From a virus, in IMG/VR virus record IMGVR_UViG_3300031578_009495, positions 67,128 to 94,313 of that record: a stretch of DNA of 27,186 nt. One strand, 5' to 3'. Below, piece after piece: positions 1 to 7,553 of this stretch. The stretch's first letter is position 1. The number at the start of each line of letters is the position of its first letter. The translations under genes and the position numbers were made by a program. The notes below the pieces were generated by a model. The model was not told the origin of the DNA. It made no database searches and saw only the letters and a list, made by a program, of their open reading frames with translations.

Positions 1-651
1 AAATATTTAAAGGCCGATGGATTATTGATTTTTATCATTCCGCAAAAGCAACTGATAAAGAAGACCTGCCGATTTCTTGCGTCGTGGTTCCATAAGTTTC
101 TAGTCTATAGATTTCCGGGAAAAAGCTACGATGCATTCGGACAACTCGTGCTGTTCGCGACAAAGAAACAAAAACCACTTTTAGAAGAAATGGCATACGC
201 CAGGCTGCAGGCTGTTCCGGAAACCATCCTGAAAGAACTACATGTAAAAGACAATCCGATATACACGATCCCAAAAAACAGCATAGATGAGAAATCGTTT
301 TATATCCACAGCCTGGACATTAACATAGACGAACTATTGGTAGAGGTTGAAGAATATGGAGCTTGGAAGCAGGTAAAGCGTATGGTTTCACCTCCGATGG
401 AAAATGTAAAAGGAAAGGTATTGATGCCATTAAGGCGCGGTCACTTGGCGGTACTTGTGGCATGTGGACTTTCGGACGGACTTATTGAGAAAGGAAACAA
501 AAGACTGCTCATTAAAGGGGTGGCCAGAAAAGAGAAATTAGTTACTACCGAGCATACTGGAGATACCGTTATTGAAAAGAGCACTGACATAATTAAAATA
601 GGCATAAAATGTATAGATTTGCAGACCGGCAAAATGACTAATGTTGAGTGA
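1..651 (+). CDS. DUF6094-like class I SAM-dependent methyltransferase, C-terminal part (5' end outside the window)
   Basis: Frame is open from base 1 (KYLKADGLLIFIIPQ...). The motifs 'YDAFGQLVLFA' and 'LMPLRRGHLAVLVACG..DG' resemble the methyltransferase-like proteins that precede SNF2-like helicases in ICEs and plasmids. Confidence 0.65.
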   Translation, partial: KYLKADGLLIFIIPQKQLIKKTCRFLASWFHKFLVYRFPGKSYDAFGQLVLFATKKQKPLLEEMAYARLQAVPETILKELHVKDNPIYTIPKNSIDEKSFYIHSLDINIDELLVEVEEYGAWKQVKRMVSPPMENVKGKVLMPLRRGHLAVLVACGLSDGLIEKGNKRLLIKGVARKEKLVTTEHTGDTVIEKSTDIIKIGIKCIDLQTGKMTNVE

Positions 652-655
652 AACA

Positions 656-700
656 GTCAGCAACCCACAACTAAAGTACGTGGGTTTCCTGCCCGGAGGT
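656..700 (+). mobile_element. IS200/IS605-family (IscB/HEARO-type) end-hairpin remnant
   Basis: GTCAGCAACCCACAACTAAAGTACGTGGGTTTCCTGCCCGGAGGT. Stem AACCCAC(662-668)/GTGGGTT(680-686) surrounds CTAAAG. The start is left-end-like and the tail right-end-like. Confidence 0.55.
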
Positions 701-719
701 AAATCATAAGGAGCATAAA

Positions 720-1313
720 ATGCAACAAATGGATTGGACCGGAAATAAAAAGACAACATTTTCAACACTTGGCGCATCTTCCCATAGTGAACACGAAAGA
801 GAAATTAATGATTATTATGCCACAGACCCGATTGCAATAAAGCCTTTGATAGAAAGAGTTAAATTAACTCAAACTATATGGGAATGTGCCTGCGGCGAGG
901 GACATCTTTCAAGAGAATTAGAAGTATTCGGATATACAGTAATCTCAACGGATATTATTAATAGGGGGTACGGAAGTGTACTGGATTTTCTAAAAGTAAA
1001 AGAAATCAAGCCTATTGATTATGATATAGTAACAAATCCACCGTATAAATTTGCAAAACAATTCATAGAAAAGGCTTTGGAAATAAGCAGAGAAGGCGGC
1101 AAGGTATGCATGTTTTTAAAACTCACATTTTTAGAGGGACAAGCAAGATATAATCTTTTTAAACAGAATCCACCAAAATATGTTTATGTTTTTTCGAGAC
1201 GAATTAGGTGTGGATTAAATGGAACTTTTAAAGGTTCTTCTGCCGTTTGTTTTTCTTGGTTCGTATGGGAAAAAGGAAATAAAGATAAACCGACAATTGA
1301 TTGGATTATATAG
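720..1313 (+). CDS. Phage-type amino (N6-adenine) DNA methyltransferase
   Basis: DYYATDP, SAM-binding motif WECACGEG and catalytic NPPY. SD AAGGAG upstream. Confidence 0.85.
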   Translation: MQQMDWTGNKKTTFSTLGASSHSEHEREINDYYATDPIAIKPLIERVKLTQTIWECACGEGHLSRELEVFGYTVISTDIINRGYGSVLDFLKVKEIKPIDYDIVTNPPYKFAKQFIEKALEISREGGKVCMFLKLTFLEGQARYNLFKQNPPKYVYVFSRRIRCGLNGTFKGSSAVCFSWFVWEKGNKDKPTIDWII

Positions 1314-1378
1314 AGATTCTTTGAGAAGCGAAAATAACATAAGCCATGAAAATAATTAGATAAACACGCCCTTTTCTA

Positions 1379-1407
1379 TTGACAAATGTTTAAATATTTT
1401 ATAGGAT
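1379..1407 (+). promoter_or_regulatory. Sigma70-type promoter
   Basis: TTGACA(1379-1384), 17-nt spacer, TAGGAT(1402-1407). A GGAGG SD and ATG 1437 follow. Confidence 0.7.
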
Positions 1408-1436
1408 AAAATAAAAACACAAAGCGGAGGCAAAAA

Positions 1437-1649
1437 ATGTGGAACACACCATCTAAACAAACCCTATCCAAAATACCCTGCCTATACAAGACAGAGGGAG
1501 TATCCCTGAAGGATAAACAGATACACCTTCTTAAAAAGATGAGTAAGCAGCAACTTGCTGATAGCTTTGGTATTTCGTATAGTCACACATCACAAATAAT
1601 AAAGAATGAAAAATGGAATGAAAAGGATTATTCGATTGAATACTATTAA
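1437..1649 (+). pseudogene. Chimeric remnant: DUF2958-like N-terminus fused to an HTH tail of the type found on HNH homing endonucleases
   Basis: MWNTPSKQTLSKIPCLYKTEGVSLKDKQIHL resembles the start of DUF2958-like proteins but lacks the expected HFF..WY core. It continues as MSKQQLADSFGISYSHTSQIIKNEKW, which is HTH-like. Confidence 0.45.
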
Positions 1650-4600
1650 GCTTGTTGATTTTCTGGATGAGTATCAAGACGAGATAGCCGATTCAATCAT
1701 TCGCGACTACCCGCCTGTATATACGTTTAACGATAGAGAAAAATATGTTGATGATATAAAGAAACTGAAGCGCAAGCCATTCCTGTGCCAAATGGACGCA
1801 ATAAGTGCCTTGGCAAAGCTATTTTCAACAGAGGCCTCCGGAATCTTGGTCGGGGAAATGGGCACAGGTAAATCATTGATTTCTATAGCAATAGCCTATG
1901 TTTGTAAGTTTAAAAATGTACTTATTACAATGCCTCCACATTTGATATCGAAATATGAACGGGAAGTAATGATAACGATGCCGGAAGGTACCGCAAAGTG
2001 TCACCATCTTAAAAAGTTCACAGATGTTGATAAAGCAGTGGCATCGGCCAATGATGATCTGTATCACTTTTTCATTCTTGGCAGGGAGAGAGCAAAATTA
2101 AGCTATCAATGGAGACCGGCGTTTAATATAAAACAGAAAATTATTGAAATACCGGTAGCGGATAATGGAAATAGCCACATTGTTAAAAGAAAAGTAATAT
2201 TGGTTTGCTGCCCAAGATGTGGGGAGTTAATATATGACAAGGAGGGAATACCGCTTGGGCCAGAGGATCTTACTAAAAAGAAGACGGTGTGCGCTAACTG
2301 TAACGAACAAATGTGGCAAGCCAAGCAGGATGGCCCGAGACGATTTGCAGTTGCAGAATATATCAAGCGAAAACATAAGAATTTTTTTGACTTACTTGTG
2401 CTTGATGAATGTTTTCCAGCTGGCATTAAAGTAAAGACTAAATATGGAGAAAAAAGCATAGAGGATATAAAAATAGGTGAATATGTACTGTCTTTGGACG
2501 AAGATGGACTGGTTTATAAGAAAGTAGTTAGAGTCTTCAAGAAACTTGTCACTGGTCCTCTTGCGAATATTAAATATACTGATGGAAATCTGTTGTGTAC
2601 AAAGAACCACAATATTTATACCAATCGAGGAAAGATAAGGGCTGGTCAAATACAGTCAGCTGATATCATTTGGCGCTTAGAGGAGTGTAATCATGAAGAA
2701 GTGTGCAAGGTGTGGAAAAACACTAAAGAAAGAGAATGCCAAATATTGTTCAAAGAAATGTTTTTCATTGGCAATAACACAGTATCCAAAAACGATAAAA
2801 TGCAAGAGATGTGGGAAAAGCATGGTAGTTTATCGAGGGGGAAAAAGAAGCAAGAAATATTGTTCAGAAGAATGTCGACATTCCAAAAAAAGAAAATATC
2901 CATTTACAAGAGCATGCAAAGGGTGTGGCAAGGATATTTTAATAACATGCTCATCAAGACAAAAAAGACGTTTTTGCAATCCTTCCTGTTTGGTAAAATG
3001 GAGAATGCAGCATCCAGAGATGAGACCAAAAATAGTAATGACGGAAGAGCGAAAGCGAAAAATTGGAGAAAAGCAAAGGATTGCTCAGCAACGAAATCCG
3101 GAGTTGAGGAAAAACATATCAAAGAGAATGAAGCTAAACAACCCTATGAAACGACCAGAAATACGGAAAAAGGCTATCGAAGCGATGAGAGGGATGCCTT
3201 TCCCTGTAGAAAGAGGAGGCCGCGGGAAGGGACCGACCGTCCCACAAGCATTATTGGAGACAATACTTGGGTGGCCGATGGAGGTTACAATAAAGACAGG
3301 GAACAAAAAAATGCCATACTATTACAGTGCGGATTTGGCGGAAGAAACCTTGAAAATTGCAGTGGAGTGCGATGGGATTTCACACAAAATGTCAAAGGTG
3401 ATTGCGCGGGACCGAAGAAAAGACGAGATTTTACGGAAACTTGGATGGGTTGTATTGAGATTCAAGAACAGAGAAATTATAGAAGACACAAAGAGGGTAA
3501 TTTTAGAAATAGAAGAGTGTGTCCTAAAGAGGTCATTGGAGTTGAAGAGGTCAAGATAGCGCAGGTATATGTATATAATATAGAGGTTGAAGAAACCCAT
3601 AACTATTTTGCAGATGGAGTTCTTGTATCAAATTGTCACGAATATCGTGGTAGAAGTTCCGCACAAGGAATAAGTGCAGGCAATTTAGCCTCTGTTTGCA
3701 AACGATCTCTTGGTCTCTCGGGTACGATAGTGGGGGGTTATTCATCGAGTATTTTTCATTTATTGTACAGAATAACGAAAAGATTTAAAGATGACTATAA
3801 ACACGATGGAGTAAATTCTTGGATTAGCGATTACGGAATACTTGAACAGATAACAAAGAAATCAGCAGACGATTATAGCGACAACTCACAAAGTAAGGGA
3901 AAAAAATACGTATCGGCTCCTAGAGAAAAACCAGGAATTTCCCCGGTAATTCTGCCAAAATATCTTTTAGACAAAACTGTATTCATTCGACTAAGCGACA
4001 TAGCAATAGACCTACCACCTCTTACAGAGGAAATTGTTGATATTGAAATGTCAGCGGAACAAGAAGATGCTTACAACAACCTATACGATGATCTTAGAAT
4101 TGTTTTACTTGCAGAATTACAACGTGGCAACAAATCGCTTCTCGCTGTATATCTTCAGGCGTTATTGACATATCCTGACAGGTGCACCGTCGGGGAGTTT
4201 GTGTATAAAAAAACAGAAGGCGAAGAAGACCTGCTTATAGCATCGGCGCCGGCATTAAACGGTGACGTTTTATACCCAAAAGAACAGGCAATTATAGATC
4301 TGATCAAATCGGAAATGAAAGAAGGAAGAAAGGTTCTTGTGTTTTGTACCCATACCAACAGAAGAGACGTAACGGCACGACTGCAAGAAAAAATTCAATC
4401 TTTTGGAATAAGATCAGAAATATTAAAAGCAAATGTAGCTGCAGAAAAAAGAGAGGCATGGATTAAGGACCACGTAAACGATCTTGATTGTCTTATTACC
4501 AATCCTGCCCTTGTGCAGACCGGACTTGACCTTGTAGAGTTCCCCACAGTGGCATATTGTCAGTCTGGATATTCTGTCTATACCCTGAGACAGTCGTCAA

Positions 4601-5100
4601 GGAGATCTTGGAGAATAGGCCAAGATAAGCCGGTTAACATATACTATTTTGTTTATAGAGCTACCATGCAGGAGCAAGCCCTGAAGTTAATGGCCCTTAA
4701 AATGAAAGCAAGCCTTATCATAGAGGGTGAACTTGGAGAGGACGGGCTTGCCACATATAATGTTGGAAATGATAATCTGTTCTACGAACTTGCCAGGAAT
4801 ATCGCAAATAACATCTCAATAGATGGAGACCTGGAAACTATCTGGAAAACTGCACAGAAAAAGAAAGTAGATGGAAGTGATTTGTTGATAGAGAAAACGG
4901 ATATTGTGCCATCCCTTAACGACATTGTAGTGATTCCAGCAATAAAAATAGAGGAAAAGCATGAACTTTCCGCTTGGGATAAGCTGTATGTGGCCATGAT
5001 GCAAGAACAGGAGAAGAAACAGGATATTATGAGAGAGCGTAGAGAGAAAAGAGAAAGATTAAGACCAGCGGACGCACATCAGCAAATAGGATTGTTTTGA
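1606..5100 (+). CDS. SNF2/SF2-like helicase precursor containing an intein (about 756 aa after splicing; true start may be TTG 1636)
   Basis: Walker A GEMGTGKS, Zn-ribbon insert CPRC..CANC, motif II DE|CH split by the intein, motif III LSGT, motif V TGLDL and motif VI QSSRRSWRIGQ. Confidence 0.9.
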   Translation: MKNGMKRIIRLNTIKLVDFLDEYQDEIADSIIRDYPPVYTFNDREKYVDDIKKLKRKPFLCQMDAISALAKLFSTEASGILVGEMGTGKSLISIAIAYVCKFKNVLITMPPHLISKYEREVMITMPEGTAKCHHLKKFTDVDKAVASANDDLYHFFILGRERAKLSYQWRPAFNIKQKIIEIPVADNGNSHIVKRKVILVCCPRCGELIYDKEGIPLGPEDLTKKKTVCANCNEQMWQAKQDGPRRFAVAEYIKRKHKNFFDLLVLDECFPAGIKVKTKYGEKSIEDIKIGEYVLSLDEDGLVYKKVVRVFKKLVTGPLANIKYTDGNLLCTKNHNIYTNRGKIRAGQIQSADIIWRLEECNHEEVCKVWKNTKERECQILFKEMFFIGNNTVSKNDKMQEMWEKHGSLSRGKKKQEILFRRMSTFQKKKISIYKSMQRVWQGYFNNMLIKTKKTFLQSFLFGKMENAASRDETKNSNDGRAKAKNWRKAKDCSATKSGVEEKHIKENEAKQPYETTRNTEKGYRSDERDAFPCRKRRPREGTDRPTSIIGDNTWVADGGYNKDREQKNAILLQCGFGGRNLENCSGVRWDFTQNVKGDCAGPKKRRDFTETWMGCIEIQEQRNYRRHKEGNFRNRRVCPKEVIGVEEVKIAQVYVYNIEVEETHNYFADGVLVSNCHEYRGRSSAQGISAGNLASVCKRSLGLSGTIVGGYSSSIFHLLYRITKRFKDDYKHDGVNSWISDYGILEQITKKSADDYSDNSQSKGKKYVSAPREKPGISPVILPKYLLDKTVFIRLSDIAIDLPPLTEEIVDIEMSAEQEDAYNNLYDDLRIVLLAELQRGNKSLLAVYLQALLTYPDRCTVGEFVYKKTEGEEDLLIASAPALNGDVLYPKEQAIIDLIKSEMKEGRKVLVFCTHTNRRDVTARLQEKIQSFGIRSEILKANVAAEKREAWIKDHVNDLDCLITNPALVQTGLDLVEFPTVAYCQSGYSVYTLRQSSRRSWRIGQDKPVNIYYFVYRATMQEQALKLMALKMKASLIIEGELGEDGLATYNVGNDNLFYELARNIANNISIDGDLETIWKTAQKKKVDGSDLLIEKTDIVPSLNDIVVIPAIKIEEKHELSAWDKLYVAMMQEQEKKQDIMRERREKRERLRPADAHQQIGLF
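2410..3633 (+). mobile_element. Intein (408 aa) inserted in the helicase DECH motif
   Basis: Block A CFPAGIKVKT..KSIEDIKIGEYVLS, block B LCTKNH (TxxH), blocks F/G VYNIEVEETHNYFADGVLVSN, and Cys at +1. Removing it restores LVLDE-CHEY. Confidence 0.93.
2693..3559 (+). CDS. Nested out-of-frame endonuclease: Zn-ribbon repeats, NUMOD3-like region and DUF559/Vsr-like PD-(D/E)XK domain
   Basis: Own SD GAGGAG(2680-2685), 7 nt before the ATG. Three CxxCGK...(Y/F)C(S/N)xxC repeats. C-terminal 'ADLA....KIAVECDGISH.....RDRRKDEILRKLGWVVLRFKNREI'. Confidence 0.88.
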   Translation: MKKCARCGKTLKKENAKYCSKKCFSLAITQYPKTIKCKRCGKSMVVYRGGKRSKKYCSEECRHSKKRKYPFTRACKGCGKDILITCSSRQKRRFCNPSCLVKWRMQHPEMRPKIVMTEERKRKIGEKQRIAQQRNPELRKNISKRMKLNNPMKRPEIRKKAIEAMRGMPFPVERGGRGKGPTVPQALLETILGWPMEVTIKTGNKKMPYYYSADLAEETLKIAVECDGISHKMSKVIARDRRKDEILRKLGWVVLRFKNREIIEDTKRVILEIEECVLKRSLELKRSR

Positions 5101-5420
5101 TGAATACAGCAAAAACAATAAAATATTTACGCAAACGGATACCCAAGTTTGAATGTAAAAAATCTTGTACAGATTGTTGTGGGCCGATTGTGTTCTCAAA
5201 ATGGGAGTGGGACCAAGTAGAAAACAAGAAGACAGCGACCTCGCTTGATTGTCCTTATGCAAGCGAAGCCGGATGTGAAATATACGAACAAAGACCGATC
5301 TTATGCAGATTATTTGGAACCGTTCCAAAGATGAAATGCAATCATGGACGCGGGCATGCCAAACTTCTATCTGCTAAGAAAGAGAAAGAAATAATGAGGA
5401 AATATTATGAGATCATGTAA
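5097..5420 (+). CDS. YkgJ-family cysteine cluster protein (putative Zn/Fe-S)
   Basis: CKKSCTDCC, CPY, and CEIYEQRPILCRLFG. Confidence 0.85.
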   Translation: MMNTAKTIKYLRKRIPKFECKKSCTDCCGPIVFSKWEWDQVENKKTATSLDCPYASEAGCEIYEQRPILCRLFGTVPKMKCNHGRGHAKLLSAKKEKEIMRKYYEIM

Positions 5421-5448
5421 AATAATTAAAAAACATTGCATTATTCCC

Positions 5449-5477
5449 TTGACAAATGTTTTTTTAATTATTATTAT
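5449..5477 (+). promoter_or_regulatory. Sigma70-type promoter
   Basis: TTGACA(5449-5454), 17-nt spacer, TATTAT(5472-5477). Confidence 0.7.
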
Positions 5478-5522
5478 CTAATTAACAAAACAAATTAATC
5501 TTAAAAATGAAGGAGAGAGAAG

Positions 5523-5669
5523 ATGAAAACAATTGACAAACAAATGGAAGATACAGCAAAAAAATTCATCGATGACTTTTTAAAGTGGAAAAACGATCCC
5601 ATTAAAGAACACAAGGATGAAGATTATGAGTGTAAATTGCGGGAAATGGTCAAAGCCTTAATGGAATAA
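5523..5669 (+). CDS. Small hypothetical protein (48 aa, MKTIDKQMEDTAKKF...)
   Basis: Below the ORF-track cutoff. AAGGAG SD; lies directly behind the promoter. Confidence 0.6.
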   Translation: MKTIDKQMEDTAKKFIDDFLKWKNDPIKEHKDEDYECKLREMVKALME

Positions 5670-5714
5670 TAATAAAATGCCGAGTTATCGGTTGAGCAAT
5701 CTGGAGGAGTCAAG

Positions 5715-5870
5715 ATGAGAGTAGAACTATATAAAATAATAGATGGCTGGATAAGGCTGGTTGATTATGGTGTTTTGTCACAAATGGAAAACTATGCAAA
5801 ACAGGGATACATTGTGGTGAAAACAGATGAGGCAAGACAATCAAAAAAGAATCAGGATGTTGGAAAGTGA
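5715..5870 (+). CDS. Small hypothetical protein (51 aa, MRVELYKIIDGW...)
   Basis: Strong SD GGAGGAG and an open frame. Confidence 0.6.
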   Translation: MRVELYKIIDGWIRLVDYGVLSQMENYAKQGYIVVKTDEARQSKKNQDVGK

Positions 5871-5935
5871 AATAGTTTATCTATCCAGATTATTAAATTA
5901 ACAAAACAATTAACCTAAATAATGGAGGTAAGACA

Positions 5936-6208
5936 ATGGAAACAACCGACATAAATGTTGCCCATAAACTTTTGTCTCATTTTCAGGTATTAGCTTGGGA
6001 GCGCTTGAAGGACACGGTCTGGTGGAAGACCAGTCCTAAGAAAGATATAACACTGCAAATAAAAGGGATAGAGTATAGGGAAACCAGCGGTCTTTATAGT
6101 AGGGGCAACACTCTATTCGTTGTGGCCGTTGCTACCGCAGGAAATGGAGAAAGTCAAGAAATTTTAATTCCGATAGAAGAACCAACCACAAAATCAAATA
6201 GCGGATAA
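5936..6208 (+). CDS. Hypothetical protein (90 aa)
   Basis: SD GGAGGT; in the ORF track. Confidence 0.7.
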   Translation: METTDINVAHKLLSHFQVLAWERLKDTVWWKTSPKKDITLQIKGIEYRETSGLYSRGNTLFVVAVATAGNGESQEILIPIEEPTTKSNSG

Positions 6209-6258
6209 TTAACATAGCTGACCTCAGCAGGTCGAAAAAGGCTGGAAAGTAGGGATAT

Positions 6259-6408
6259 ATGCGGAGACAAATAGGAACATTCCACGGCAGAGATGTGTAT
6301 TGGACTCACGACGGCCTGGCTATTGAGATGGACTTCAGTTATCTCGTTGCGCTGGATCTTGAAATGATCGAAAACATACGAAAACAAGTTGGAGGTTATT
6401 ATGCTTAG
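6259..6408 (+). CDS. Small hypothetical protein (49 aa, MRRQIGTFHGRDVYW...)
   Basis: Open frame with AGGGA upstream; fills the gap between neighbouring genes. Confidence 0.4.
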   Translation: MRRQIGTFHGRDVYWTHDGLAIEMDFSYLVALDLEMIENIRKQVGGYYA

Positions 6409-6467
6409 ATATTTAGTCGCTGCTTTATTATGTTTTGGCCTGGCCTGATTTTTAATGTTGTTTTTGG

Positions 6468-6481
6468 CCGGATTGATTTAA
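6468..6481 (+). repeat. 14-bp direct repeat CCGGATTGATTTAA, left copy flanking the PEP-CTERM gene
   Basis: Identical to 7272-7285. Confidence 0.8.
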
Positions 6482-6488
6482 AACTTAA

Positions 6489-6508
6489 GCCCCGGGTTTT
6501 CCGGGGCT
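6489..6508. other. GC-rich hairpin upstream of the PEP-CTERM gene
   Basis: GCCCCGG-GTTTT-CCGGGGC(T). No U-tract follows, so it may be a terminator or an mRNA stabiliser. Confidence 0.5.
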
Positions 6509-6547
6509 AAGGATACTAGTTAAACAACTTTTAAACAGGAGGATAAT

Positions 6548-7267
6548 ATGAAAAAGAGACTTATGGCATTATTTGTAATTTTGGGAGCGCTCAGTATGAT
6601 AAGTATTGCTGAGGCCACATTGGTAACAGTTGAATGGGACATAACCGTTAATAGCCGGCTTAATTATAATGATAGTACTAATGAACAAATTGGCCCCATA
6701 CATTCATACGCTTCAGCCACATTTGACAATGTAGTTACGTCTTCGCGTGATCAATGTGATGGTCATAGTACAGTAACATATTTCTCAGAGGATTATGATT
6801 TGGTATGGGTTACACCAATGGAGGACTTCATAGCTAACAATTTGTATAACGGTAACTATTCTACTGGAATATCTTATGCCTATGCAGTAACATTTGAAGC
6901 GTCTTCTGTTTGTCCTGAAGGAAGAACAGTAGGTTTGATGTCACAACTCATAGACACAGATAGTTCATGGAGGTATAATATTGATATTGTCAAGCGTGAA
7001 CATTCACAAACTGGGATGGAAGACTATGCTTTCACTCCTGAACTTCTTCTGGATTATTATAACAACCTAAAAGCATCTGGTGAGCAGTTAGATTATTGGG
7101 AACGCTCCATTCGCACAGGCCCATATTATGGATATTCATGGAGTGGTACTGCCGTTGTTTCTGACGTTATTGATCATTCTAATAACACTCCCATCCCTGA
7201 ACCAGCGACCTTGCTACTATTTGGCATTGGCTTGGCGGGCTTGGCTGTTATTAAGAAATTGAACTAA
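6548..7267 (+). CDS. PEP-CTERM sorting-domain exported protein
   Basis: Signal peptide MKKRLMALFVILGALSMISIAEA. C-terminal IPEPATLLLFGIGLAGLAVIKK (PEP, TM helix, basic tail). SD AGGAGG. Confidence 0.92.
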   Translation: MKKRLMALFVILGALSMISIAEATLVTVEWDITVNSRLNYNDSTNEQIGPIHSYASATFDNVVTSSRDQCDGHSTVTYFSEDYDLVWVTPMEDFIANNLYNGNYSTGISYAYAVTFEASSVCPEGRTVGLMSQLIDTDSSWRYNIDIVKREHSQTGMEDYAFTPELLLDYYNNLKASGEQLDYWERSIRTGPYYGYSWSGTAVVSDVIDHSNNTPIPEPATLLLFGIGLAGLAVIKKLN

Positions 7268-7271
7268 ACTT

Positions 7272-7285
7272 CCGGATTGATTTAA
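7272..7285 (+). repeat. 14-bp direct repeat CCGGATTGATTTAA, right copy
   Basis: Identical to 6468-6481; 4 nt after the PEP-CTERM stop. Confidence 0.8.
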
Positions 7286-7306
7286 CTCTTGCGCTTCGGA
7301 GGTCAA

Positions 7307-7518
7307 CACATAGTAAACATTTTACCGACAAACACTAACAATAAAGTTTAGATTCGCAAGCTGTCTGCATACAGTGAAGACATAAAATTTGACTGAGACT
7401 GTCGGAGAGACGACACGGAGAATCGGAGAACGAGCGCTTGCGGTATCACTCCGCAAGCTTTGGGAGATCCCCCCATGCAAAAGCATGCAGTTAACGAAAG
7501 TTAAGAAAAAAGGATCGG
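7307..7518 (+). ncRNA. Candidate structured ncRNA, copy 1 (family not recognised)
   Basis: Homologous to 22681-22901 with compensatory changes in several helices. GAAA tetraloop on the + strand. Confidence 0.7.
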
Positions 7519-7553
7519 TGGAATAGTTTGGATAACATATTGGGTAATTTGAT

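Noticed and set aside
2693-3559. Reading the nested nuclease as a frameshift error or a group I intron ORF
   Set aside because: The helicase-intein frame is continuous, the nested ORF has its own SD, start and stop, and there is no non-coding room for an intron core.
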